Positions 10,004 to 20,900 of a stretch of DNA of 38,660 bases are shown piece after piece; position 1 is the stretch's first letter, and each line of letters opens with the position of its first letter. The DNA lies in contig NC_068990.1 in the NCBI RefSeq assembly GCF_001194135.2, forward strand, positions 20,930,375 through 20,969,034. The letters run 5' to 3'. The translations under genes and the position numbers were made by a program. This DNA comes from Octopus bimaculoides (Eukaryota). The notes beneath the pieces were generated by a model, which saw only the letters and a list, made by a program, of their open reading frames with translations, ran no database searches and had not been told where the DNA came from.

Positions 10004-11164
10004 GCAGCGAAGTGGAACAGGAAAGCCAACATCGACGACATCAAATCAACAACACCAACATCAACAACAACGACATTTAATCACCACAATTAATATAACA
10101 GAAGATCCAAACATCCGTTTGTTAAATGATATTCTCATTTGTTTGCAATCATCGGTTTATATTTTTAATTTTTTTATCTATCTTATTTTATATTTTAATT
10201 ATTCTACTCTTAATTTGACACTCGAACTTTCATTTCTTTCTAATAATTCCATCCATTATTCTTTTCTTCTTTTCATTTCTTTCTAACCTTTCTTCTAATG
10301 ATCACTCTGCTTTCTGTTTTTCTTTTCTTTCTTTTTTTTACACCCACCAATACTCAAACGTCACTCAAATTTGTTTCTCGGTGCCAACTTTAACAACATT
10401 ATCGTGTGAGAACCGAACACTCGATCCACTCGTAAACACCTCACTGAGTTTCCAATGTGCTAATGACCTCTTATTAACGGGTGCACGTGCCAGTAACTTT
10501 TCGTTCAAGATTATCACCACACCCATCTCTGTTTACCGTTTATCTACTTCATGAGGAAGTTTTCCCCCATTAATTTCCATTAAAATTGGTCATATTACAT
10601 TAAAGAACCCGACCAATGTAATAGTGCAACTAAGATGTTTTGTAAATATTCTTCAAATTTCTCCCCAATTGTGCTCTTCACTTATATTTTCATTCTTCCA
10701 TTTGTACTCTCGTCTCATTATAAAGAAAGCTCTTTTTACCGTCTCACCTTTTACGTCTCCTGTGTTTGCATGCAGAATATTCTTCCAAGAAATATTCCAC
10801 TTCACATCGCTTAAATGTTTGACATTTATGAATCACAGAAAATTACCATTCACTCGTAGTAATTAGCCGTTTTATGTTTAATTAATAGTGCTGTTATATC
10901 GTAGGCTAACATCTTCGTGACGTGTCGAGAATGTGAGGAACAATTAACACTTCACTGCTAAATCCTTCACTATGCGTGTATATAAGTATTGTATTAGATA
11001 ATCAGTTTTATTGCTTACTTTTAGAGTGTATCTATCATATATGAGAGCGATATCACGTTTCATAGGAACCAATTAAATTGCTTTTTAATTAAGAAGTTTT
11101 CCTGGTGCTTCATGCTACATATTTATAATAACAGGAGAATTAGATGTGATATAAATCTTTTATT

Positions 11165-11560
11165 TTTTTTCCTTTGCTTGCTTCAATCATAAAATTGTGG
11201 CGAGGCTGGGGCACCACCTTGAAGAACTTTTAGTCCAATGAATCGACTCCAGATGTTATTTTATTTTTTGTTAAGCCTGGAACTTAATTCTATCAGATTC
11301 TTTTGCACAACCTTTAAGTGACCAGGACGTAAACATACCAACACTAGTTGTCAACTGGAGGTGGTGGGGGACCAAATACGGACACAGCGTTACACATACA
11401 TATATATACATAAATAGGCGACCGGCTTCTTCTAGTTTCCGTCTATCAAATCCAATCATAAGGCGGTTTTGATCGGCCCGGTGTTATAGCATAAGACACA
11501 TGCCGAAGGTGCTACGCAGTGGGACTGAATCTGGAATCATGCTGTTGGGAAGCAAGCTTC
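11165..11560 (-). mobile_element. SINE family B, diverged
   Basis: Homologous to 18654-19045; abuts a family A copy at 11561. Confidence 0.8.
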
Positions 11561-11757
11561 TTATTTATTTATTGCCCATAAGGAGCTAAACATAGAGGGG
11601 ATAAACAAGGACAGACAAAAGTATTAAGTTGATTACATCGACCCCAATGCGTAACTGGTACTTATTTAATCGACCTGAAAAGGATGAAAGGCTAAATCGA
11701 CCTCGGCGGAATTTGAACTCAGAACGTAACGGCAGACAAAATACCGCTAAGCATTTC
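11561..11757 (-). mobile_element. SINE family A, tail type 1, cut by gap
   Basis: Homologous to 20901-21130. Confidence 0.9.
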
Positions 11758-12556
11758 NNNNNNNNNNNNNNNNNNNNNNNNNNNNNNNNNNNNNNNNNNN
11801 NNNNNNNNNNNNNNNNNNNNNNNNNNNNNNNNNNNNNNNNNNNNNNNNNNNNNNNNNNNNNNNNNNNNNNNNNNNNNNNNNNNNNNNNNNNNNNNNNNNN
11901 NNNNNNNNNNNNNNNNNNNNNNNNNNNNNNNNNNNNNNNNNNNNNNNNNNNNNNNNNNNNNNNNNNNNNNNNNNNNNNNNNNNNNNNNNNNNNNNNNNNN
12001 NNNNNNNNNNNNNNNNNNNNNNNNNNNNNNNNNNNNNNNNNNNNNNNNNNNNNNNNNNNNNNNNNNNNNNNNNNNNNNNNNNNNNNNNNNNNNNNNNNNN
12101 NNNNNNNNNNNNNNNNNNNNNNNNNNNNNNNNNNNNNNNNNNNNNNNNNNNNNNNNNNNNNNNNNNNNNNNNNNNNNNNNNNNNNNNNNNNNNNNNNNNN
12201 NNNNNNNNNNNNNNNNNNNNNNNNNNNNNNNNNNNNNNNNNNNNNNNNNNNNNNNNNNNNNNNNNNNNNNNNNNNNNNNNTTCCCAAATACATTCATAAG
12301 ATTTTTGCCGGTCAGGGATTATAGTAGAAGATACATGGAACTAAACACGAAAACAAATTATTATTCACATGGCATTATTATAGTTAATTTAGACTCAGAA
12401 CAACTCCGCGCGCTGAATAATCTAAAGTGAATGCGTACTAGACATGGTCAACTCGTACATCATTTTGTGGCCTAGCTTTCATTTCGGAGAGTTTCTCAAA
12501 CTTTTTGGGTCGCCGCCCGCCTCATGGCCGCATAATAACCTCAGCGCCCCCATCCC

Positions 12557-12807
12557 TATTTTTATGTATAATTTTTTCAGCTTTTTTCAACAAATTTTAT
12601 TCAAAATAAAGAATAGCAACATGCAAGAAAAGCATCGCTAAATGATGATTCCAGAGCATATTCACCATCTACTTCAAATACTGCTTCCCAATTGCTTGGC
12701 AGATGGTCAAACTGTCATTTAAAGATGTTTTTGTTAAATATTGTTATTGTTTTAGCTGAATAAAATTTATTGAAAAAAAGCCGCAGTAATTATGCACCAA
12801 CCCAATA
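12557..12807 (-). mobile_element. Mariner-derived MITE with transposase C-terminal relic
   Basis: Right end reads TATTGGGTTGGTGCATAATT on the minus strand (mariner/MADE1-like TIR with TA). Imperfect inverted repeats lie at 12564-12603 and 12757-12797. Minus strand 12711-12649 encodes FDHLPSNWEAVFEVDGEYALE, like the DD34D C-terminus (LP.RW.KV....GEY). Confidence 0.7.
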
Positions 12808-12829
12808 CATATATATATATTTATACTAC

Positions 12830-13072
12830 TTTGTTATCTCTCCTTCTTCTTAACTCTCCTGAGTGACCCTTCTGTCCAGCATTCGCCATGATAGATCTCT
12901 GACCACTACACACATTTTTTTCGCTCCTTGTTTCTTTCCGTGTTCCTTTCTGTAGAAGAGCGTAGGCTCGAAACGTTAAACACTTTCTCAATTCCCGAGC
13001 GTTATACTAATACATCTATCTGTTTCCAACACCACCTGTCTTCATCTCTTGTTTTTTTTTGTCAATTCTCCC
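12830..13072 (+). mobile_element. Repeat with a degenerate hammerhead-like motif (probable Penelope-like terminal repeat), truncated by gap
   Basis: TTT-CTGTAGA-A-GAGC-GTAG-GCTC-GAAAC-GTT-AAA at 12947-12980. The left boundary is approximate and the family assignment is inference. Confidence 0.5.
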
Positions 13073-14780
13073 NNNNNNNNNNNNNNNNNNNNNNNNNNNN
13101 NNNNNNNNNNNNNNNNNNNNNNNNNNNNNNNNNNNNNNNNNNNNNNNNNNNNNNNNNNNNNNNNNNNNNNNNNNNNNNNNNNNNNNNNNNNNNNNNNNNN
13201 NNNNNNNNNNNNNNNNNNNNNNNNNNNNNNNNNNNNNNNNNNNNNNNNNNNNNNNNNNNNNNNNNNNNNNNNNNNNNNNNNNNNNNNNNNNNNNNNNNNN
13301 NNNNNNNNNNNNNNNNNNNNNNNNNNNNNNNNNNNNNNNNNNNNNNNNNNNNNNNNNNNNNNNNNNNNNNNNNNNNNNNNNNNNNNNNNNNNNNNNNNNN
13401 NNNNNNNNNNNNNNNNNNNNNNNNNNNNNNNNNNNNNNNNNNNNNNNNNNNNNNNNNNNNNNNNNNNNNNNNNNNNNNNNNNNNNNNNNNNNNNNNNNNN
13501 NNNNNNNNNNNNNNNNNNNNNNNNNNNNNNNNNNNNNNNNNNNNNNNNNNNNNNNNNNNNNNNNNNNNNNNNNNNNNNNNNNNNNNNNNNNNNNNNNNNN
13601 NNNNNNNNNNNNNNNNNNNNNNNNNNNNNNNNNNNNNNNNNNNNNNNNNNNNNNNNNNNNNNNNNNNNNNNNNNNNNNNNNNNNNNNNNNNNNNNNNNNN
13701 NNNNNNNNNNNNNNNNNNNNNNNNNNNNNNNNNNNNNNNNNNNNNNNNNNNNNNNNNNNNNNNNNNNNNNNNNNNNNNNNNNNNNNNNNNNNNNNNNNNN
13801 NNNNNNNNNNNNNNNNNNNNNNNNNNNNNNNNNNNNNNNNNNNNNNNNNNNNNNNNNNNNNNNNNNNNNNNNNNNNNNNNNNNNNNNNNNNNNNNNNNNN
13901 NNNNNNNNNNNNNNNNNNNNNNNNNNNNNNNNNNNNNNNNNNNNNNNNNNNNNNNNNNNNNNNNNNNNNNNNNNNNNNNNNNNATATATAAATAAAAACA
14001 TATACATTTAAGCCTGAAGAAAAACACAAATTACAGACATATATATTTATATATGTGTATATATAGATATGAACGTTTCACAAAAGGAATTTCTATATAT
14101 ATGCCAATCTGAAGGCCTCTGTATACGGTATTTGGGACATTAAATGGATATTGAATGAAACTTCCAAACACCAAAATATATATATAAAAAAACAAAACAA
14201 GGAAATAATAATAACAAAATTATCTTTATGGAGAAAAACATGGCGATTACAAACGAGATCATACGATAGAAACGGACAGATACAATTAGTAAAGGTTATA
14301 AAGTTTCGATTTAAATAAATGCTTTAGAGATACGGTTTTTCATAAGGAAAACAAACAGAGGAATATCGTTTTTAAACTCGCCATGCCAACCGAATAATTG
14401 TAACAAATATACATTGTTGCTATAAAAACGATATAACAAAGACGTTTTCCTAAGTATTTTTTCTACGAACGCCGCTGCGAATGTTGATACTGGTTGGTTT
14501 CCAGATTGAAGCAATACGAGAAGGAAAAATATTCGCCGCACTAATGACTAATGACTAATGACTCATGTCAAGTATAACGGTCGTTTTCTGTTTCCCATTA
14601 GTCTGTCATACGTACTATATCTCTGTCTTTCTCTCTAATTGTGATGTCTTAGTACAATTATGTGTGTATGTGTGTGTGTGTGCGTGCGTGTGCGTGCGTG
14701 CGCGTGTGTATTTATACACACAGACATATATGTACATATATACATACATAGAATTTAACATATACTCAGTATCTATCTAC

Positions 14781-14822
<42 letters not shown>

Positions 14823-14886
14823 CACTCATACTTTCTCTCTCACTGTCTCTTTATTTCTATGTTTACCTATACATTATATTATATGT

Positions 14887-14919
<33 letters not shown>

Positions 14920-15583
14920 NNNNNNNNNNNNNNNNNNNNNNNNNNNNNNNNNNNNNNNNNNNNNNNNNNNNNNNNNNNNNNNNNNNNNNNNNNNNNNNNN
15001 NNNNNNNNNNNNNNNNNNNNNNNNNNNNNNNNNNNNNNNNNNNNNNNNNNNNNNNNNNNNNNNNNNNNNNNNNNNNNNNNNNNNNNNNNNNNNNNNNNNN
15101 NNNNNNNNNNNNNNNNNNNNNNNNNNNNNNNNNNNNNNNNNNNNNNNNNNNNNNNNNNNNNNNNNNNNNNNNNNNNNNNNNNNNNNNNNNNNNNNNNNNN
15201 NNNNNNNNNNNNNNNNNNNNNNNNNNNNNNNNNNNNNNNNNNNNNNNNNNNNNNNNNNNNNNNNNNNNNNNNNNNNNNNNNNNNNNNNNNNNNNNNNNNN
15301 NNNNNNNNNNNNNNNNNNNNNNNNNNNNNNNNNNNNNNNNNNNNNNNNNNNNNNNNNNNNNNNNNNNNNNNNNNNNNNNNNNNNNNNNNNNNNNNNNNNN
15401 NNNNNNNNNNNNNNNNNNNNNNNNNNNNNNNNNNNNNNNNNNNNNNNNNNNNNNNNNNNNNNNNNNNNNNNNNNNNNNNNNNNNNNNNNNNNNNNNNNNN
15501 NNNNNNNNNNNNNNNNNNNNNNNNNNNNNNNNNNNNNNNNNNNNNNNNNNNNNNNNNNNNNNNNNNNNNNNNNNNNNNNNNNN

Positions 15584-15630
<47 letters not shown>

Positions 15631-16028
15631 AACGCATTTGTGCTTGAATGCGGGCGCATGATGGGTATGTGTGGGTGCATATACGGAAGTGTGTGTGTGA
15701 ACCGGGTATAATTCTGGAATACGAGAGACTAAGCAAAGTGTATGTAGTTACAAATATTCTTTAGAAATTTTGTAGGAAAGCACCAATTCATTGAAGAATT
15801 CTTTATTTGGCCATTTTGACTGAAAGCAAAATAAACACGAAACACACGTTTAATAACTTAAAACTGTTTATGATATTTTCGTAAAGCGAGTTTATTGTGA
15901 AGATATGACACATGATGCTGTCAAAACACGCTCAAGCATTGACATACATTTCTTAAGGACAACGCTGTGTTTATTTATAAGCCAAAGATTTTGGCATCGT
16001 TGCTGTTTTGTTTTTGTTGTATTTTGTT

Positions 16029-16059
<31 letters not shown>

Positions 16060-16224
16060 GGGAAGTTGTTTGACCCCTGGTTTAGGCCTGATTACACAGA
16101 TCATTTAAATGAGTGCTTCGGAGTTTATTTATTATTCGGTTGTTGCTTTTTTTCGCCTTCGAATCTTCAATGATATATTGGACTCTCCCTCTCGTGGCTT
16201 CGACGATTAGAGGCGGTGGTGGTG

Positions 16225-16572
16225 GTGACGTACACGCAAACACATACATACACACACACAAACATGGATATAAACAAACATGGACATAAACACACATGGG
16301 CATACGTTCAGCTGAACACGAATACACACACAAACCCATACATACCTGAACATATATACACAATCACGCACAAAAACACACACACAAACGCATACACACA
16401 CATAAACAGACAACCACCTCAAACAAACTCAAACACTCAAGCATACACGCTCACACAGGCGTACATGCACACAAACAAATACACAGAAACAAATATAAGC
16501 ACGCACACACTCAAGCACGCACACACACAGGTACGCACATACACACACAGGCACACACACACACACACACAT
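16225..16572. repeat. Degenerate (CA)-rich low-complexity tract
   Basis: Direct inspection; it produces the spurious HT-rich ORFs. Confidence 0.95.
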
Positions 16573-16771
16573 ACGACATCATCACCCTATGGCCGCCTGC
16601 TTTCATGGTCAATGCTGAACACTCTAGTAGCATCCTCATCCCGTTCCTGTTGTCGCCTCTTTTTCTTTCGCCACTCGATGACCGAAAACGTTTGCTGGTG
16701 TTGATCCTGATGTCTTGGTTTATTTTCTGGTCAATCTGCACAATGAATATAATTAGAGCGGATATGAAGTC

Positions 16772-16950
16772 GGCGTGCTGGCAGAATCGTTACCAGGGCA
16801 AAATGCTTAGCATTATTTCGTCTTCATGTTCTGAGTTCAAATTCCACTGAGGTCGACTTTGCTTTTCATCCTTTCGGGATCGATAAAATAAGTACCGGTG
16901 TAACACTTGAGTCGCTGTAATACACTAGATACCAAAATTTCAGGCCCTCT
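16772..16950 (+). mobile_element. SINE family A, diverged
   Basis: GAGTTCAAATTCCACTGAGGTCGACTTTGCTTTTCATCCTTTCGGG core. Confidence 0.8.
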
Positions 16951-16970
16951 TCCTTTAGTAAAAAGGATTA

Positions 16971-17182
16971 TTCTTTTCTACACTAGGCACAAGGCCCGAA
17001 ATATGAGAGGGGGCCAGTCGATTAGATAGATCACAGTACGCAACTGCTACTTAATTTATCGACCCCGAAAGGATGAAAGGCAAAGTTGACCTCGGCGGAA
17101 TTTGAACTCAGAACATAAAGACTGACGAAATACCGCTACGCATTTCGCCTGGCGTGCTAGCGTTCCTGCCAGCTCACCGCCT
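16971..17182 (-). mobile_element. SINE family A, tail type 2, near full length
   Basis: Head, core and tail all present. Confidence 0.9.
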
Positions 17183-17251
17183 TAGTAGAAAGAAGTTTTA
17201 TTGCGAGCATGGTTTGTGCAGGGCCAGTGCACACTGATGTAAGACCTGAAT

Positions 17252-17368
17252 GGAGGCTTTAGTGTGCCCAAGGCTATACTAGAAAACACTTAGCCAAGTT
17301 GCCACGCTGAAACCGGAACCATGTGGTTAGAAGCAAGCTTATTATTTATACAGTGACGCCTGTGCCTA
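17252..17368 (-). mobile_element. SINE family B head fragment
   Basis: CCGGAACCATGTGGTTAGAAGCAAGCTT. Confidence 0.7.
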
Positions 17369-17672
17369 GGTTGAGAAAGAAATAACCATTGATTTACTGA
17401 GATCAGTGTGATTGGGATTGACGAGACCCTACATGAAACTCGTTGTCACTCTGCCTAAATCAGAATTGAGTATTTGACTATTATTTATTGTCCCGAATCC
17501 CGGAGGATTAAAGGCAAAATCGATTCCATCATTGTTTGAAATTAGGATATAAATTACCCAATTAAAGATTAGTGTGTCGATAAAATAAAGGTACAAATCA
17601 AGTGCTGCTTTCAGTGGTATCGATTAATGCCTTTCATAAAAATGTGTTTCCATATGCTTACATCAGAACTAC

Positions 17673-17900
17673 GCCGCCCGTAACGCAGAACAGTGAAAGA
17701 TAAGCAAATACAAGACCCTGACCGGCTGCTTCCAGTTAGTGCCAGTTCTCATCGAAACCACAGATGTTTGCAGATCTCCGAGTGACGATTTCCTCCGGCC
17801 CGTCTGAGAAATGAACCCCGCGAGATTAGATGGCAACTGCAGTGAGTGCCGCTGGCCATCATTGTCGGCAGCACCTCGGCAATTATGACCACAAGGCGCG
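17673..17900 (+). mobile_element. Decayed CRE-clade-like non-LTR retrotransposon C-terminus (RLE domain)
   Basis: AARNAEQ*KISKYKTLTGCFQLVPVLIETTDVC...DFL then RQHLG, resembling AA..AE..K..KY..L....F.PVAVETLG.WG...FL...RQRL. Contains stops and frameshifts. Confidence 0.55.
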
Positions 17901-17945
17901 TCTAAACACGCTATTTGTTCTGGAGCGTACAACCCATTACTCACT

Positions 17946-18002
17946 CTCGCGTCTTCTGCTACTTAATCCCTTACCCTCGCGTCTTCTGCTACTTAATCCC
18001 TT
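17946..18002. repeat. Tandem duplication with 30-bp period
   Basis: CTCGCGTCTTCTGCTACTTAATCCCTT at 17946-17972 and 17976-18002. Confidence 0.95.
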
Positions 18003-18245
18003 CTACGTTTTGTCTTTTGTTTCCATTCTGAGACAATTATGGGGGTTTTCCTCAAAAATTTTATCTTATATACTTTGAATGTTTTTTTTTTAATGTTCTC
18101 GTGGGTTCTCGTGTGATTTTAATCTCAGTATTTAAAGTCATCTAATTCAAGACGTGTATGGTAAAAAAAAACTTATACCAGTAAAACACTAGGCTGAATG
18201 GGATCGACTAATCCTCACCATCACAATTTTTAGCATAGTCTATAT

Positions 18246-18604
18246 TAAGGGTTCTCAACCATTTTTTATCTATGGATACCTTTGATGAAAATTTTATTCT
18301 GGCAGCCCCCAGCCATAACCATTCGATGTTTAAAAACTAATTTTATACAAGCGTCTTTCAAAATTCCTCTGTTGTTTTTCATACATTACCTTGTGTAGGT
18401 TGAACTATGTAAAATGTTTGAGAAAGAAACCTGCTTATTGCAATACATACCAATACATACATCTAAAGCAAATTTCTTTCATGGGCCCTTGAAAAACTAT
18501 CGTGAATCCCCAATTTAAAATTTTGTGTATAACCCCACCCTCCACTAAAAAGAATCTTACATAGACCCCTTCGAGGCCATATGGACACTGGTTAATAACC
18601 ACTG
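18246..18604. mobile_element. hAT (Charlie-like) MITE, copy 1
   Basis: Ends TAAGGGTTCTCAACC and GGTTAATAACCACTG approximate a CAGTGGTTCTCAACC TIR. Both terminal regions are homologous to 20150-20673. Confidence 0.65.
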
Positions 18605-18653
18605 GTCCTATACCCAAAACAGTGTCCCTTTATATATTCAATAGTCCCTAAAC

Positions 18654-19045
18654 GCTTTACTCTTTTACTCGTTCCAGTCATTTGACTGCGGCCATGATGG
18701 AGCACCGCCTTTAGTCGAGAAGATCGACCCCAGGACTTATTCTTTGGAAGCCTAGTACTTATTCTATAGGTCTCTTTTGCCGTACGGCTAAGTTACGGGG
18801 ACGTAAACACACTAGTATCGGCTGTGAAGCGACGTTGGGGGACAAGCACAGATACAAGCATATACACACACATAAATATATAAATACATATATACGACGG
18901 GCTTCTTTTAGTTTCCGTCTACCAAATCCACTCACAAGGCTTTGGTCGGCCCGAGGCTATAGTAGAAGACACTTGCCAAAGGTGCCACGCAGTGGGAATG
19001 AACCCGGAACCATGTGGTTGGTAAGCAAGTTACTTACCACAGCCA
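18654..19045 (-). mobile_element. SINE family B, near full length, low divergence
   Basis: All modules of family B are present. Confidence 0.9.
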
Positions 19046-19664
19046 GAAAAAACTAATCGATCTCGGTATGACTTGAACTCAGAATTTGAAGGTACCAAAT
19101 TACAGACAGGAAAATATTTTGTACAGCGCACCATCAATTCTGCCAACAACCACATTTTTTCTAATATAATGAACACCATTTTTAAGCTATAAAACAAAAT
19201 GAAATGTAAATGGTTATTCATTAATTTATACAATAACTTCAAATCCTCAATGTATTTTTCATAAATACGGTATTGCAAGGCAATTAATGCTGAATGTGAT
19301 TTTTACTGTTTAGAATAAAATTAATAAGCGTAAAGTAGAATTAAATAATTTCAATTTAAAAGTTGTTTACAGTCTGTTTGAAAGGAAATTAAGGAAATTC
19401 CGAAACATAATGGTGAAATTTTCTTTATAAATTAAGAAATTTCGTTTGTGACATGCTACCTACTTTTGTAAAGTGTTTTCATTCCCCAACAAGTAAAATT
19501 CCGACGTAAGTAAACAGAGTTGAATGTTTTCTAAACGAATTTTTATGTTTTCTTCCAATTCTACTTACTTTCAACTAAACGAATATTGATCGTAAAAATA
19601 TTTCTTATTTTCCTTCGTGCTTTCATTAATTTCATTTTCCTCCATTTTAATTTCTTGTTTTAGC

Positions 19665-19725
<61 letters not shown>

Positions 19726-19753
19726 TAATAATAATAATAATAATAATAATAAT
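19665..19753. repeat. (AAT)n microsatellite, about 30 units
   Basis: Direct inspection; one GAT interruption. Confidence 0.98.
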
Positions 19754-20149
19754 ATACAAATAGATTATTGTAAACAGCAGAACGATAAATATATTATCCT
19801 GAGAGAAAATAGAATTATAAACGTATGAAAGAAGCTTTCAATTTCCGTGTAATTTATTGTAAACATTTCGTATTTCCCGTTTTTAAAACGCTTTGATTTT
19901 TACAACAATTGTCGCATTTGTATATATTTCATTTATTAATTACGACTTAAATAGCTTTATTCCTGTTTCAACATTAAACCTAGCTTTCAATAGCTTTATA
20001 TTTTGATAATTAATAATAACATCGTATTTAGCATTAATTTACTTTTATGGCGAATTTAAGAAGTTAAGCATATCATGTGTATATGATTTAATAATGTTCA
20101 AAGTGATCCCTGCCTCGTTAAACTGTGTACTGGAAATATCCTTCTAGCA

Positions 20150-20673
20150 GAGTGATACTCAACCATTTTTTTAATCTATAGACCCCTTTGATTCCTATTT
20201 AACTCAGATGGACCCTTATAGCCATTCAATGTTTAAAAAATACCATTAGATGTTCTTAATTAAATATTATTTGGCATTGTATAAAAATAATTGTGAAAAT
20301 ATTGTTGTATTTTACAGGGTGTTCAAAACGTCTCTCCGCAGTGAATATTTACCATCCTGACTCTCCATGAGTCAGACTCTCCATGAGTCAGACTCTCCAA
20401 GATGTATTTCAAAACATGTGTAGAAGAGTCAACTTGTGTATTGAAAATGAAGGACGACACTACCAACACCTCTTATAAAGTTCTTTAAAGTCTTGTAAAG
20501 TCTAATATATTCTTTTGTAGTCTTATACCATCTTATAAATATTTATTTTGCAATAAAATACTTACTACGGAGAGACTTTTTGAACACCCTAACCAATTGA
20601 TTGCAGATAAATTTTAACAAAAGCACTTTTATAGACCCCGAAGGGTCATATGAACGTCGGTTGAGAGCTACTG
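20150..20673. mobile_element. hAT (Charlie-like) MITE, copy 2, interrupted by a Tc1/mariner-superfamily MITE
   Basis: Ends GAGTGATACTCAACC and GGTTGAGAGCTACTG. Shares CTCAACCATTTTTT..ATCTAT..AC.CCTTTGAT and ATAGACCCC...CATATG with copy 1. Confidence 0.65.
20315..20590 (+). mobile_element. Internally deleted Tc1/mariner-superfamily element (MITE) with transposase C-terminal relic
   Basis: TA|CAGGGTGTTCAAAACGTCTCTCCGCAGT pairs with ACTACGGAGAGACTTTTTGAACACCCT (27 bp, 2 mismatches). 20392-20478 encodes TLQDVFQNMCRRVNLCIENEGRHYQHLL*, like the C-terminus of DD41D/rosa-type transposases. Confidence 0.85.
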
Positions 20674-20759
20674 AAACTGCTGTCGCTTAGGAGGCTGAAT
20701 GCAGATTAGCATTTGTTTTGACTTTTATGTCAGGATCGATTATAATATTGCTTTTAAAA

Positions 20760-20872
20760 TAGGCACCAGGTCTGAAAATTGACGGAGGTAGCAAATCAAT
20801 TACATGAACCTTGGTGATCAACTAGTACTTATTTTATCGATCTCGAAAGGATGAGACGCAAATTCGACCTTA
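20760..20872 (-). mobile_element. SINE family A, old fragment
   Basis: AGTACTTATTTTATCGATCTCGAAAGGATGAG core similarity. Confidence 0.6.
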
Positions 20873-20900
20873 GTTAAAGATCGATAATAATGTTTATTTC

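Noticed and set aside
12487-12556. hAT-like terminus GAGTTTCTCAAACTTTTTGGG
   Set aside because: No second end or TSD visible, so it cannot be delimited.
16575-16745. Purine-rich minus-strand frames (IDQKINQD... and WRKKKRRQQERDED...)
   Set aside because: There is an acceptor-like site but weak donors and no recognisable homology; flanked by low-complexity DNA and a SINE.
8382-20399. CRISPR-like reading of the 41-bp, 30-bp and 16-bp repeats
   Set aside because: They are head-to-tail duplications without spacers, in a eukaryotic context.
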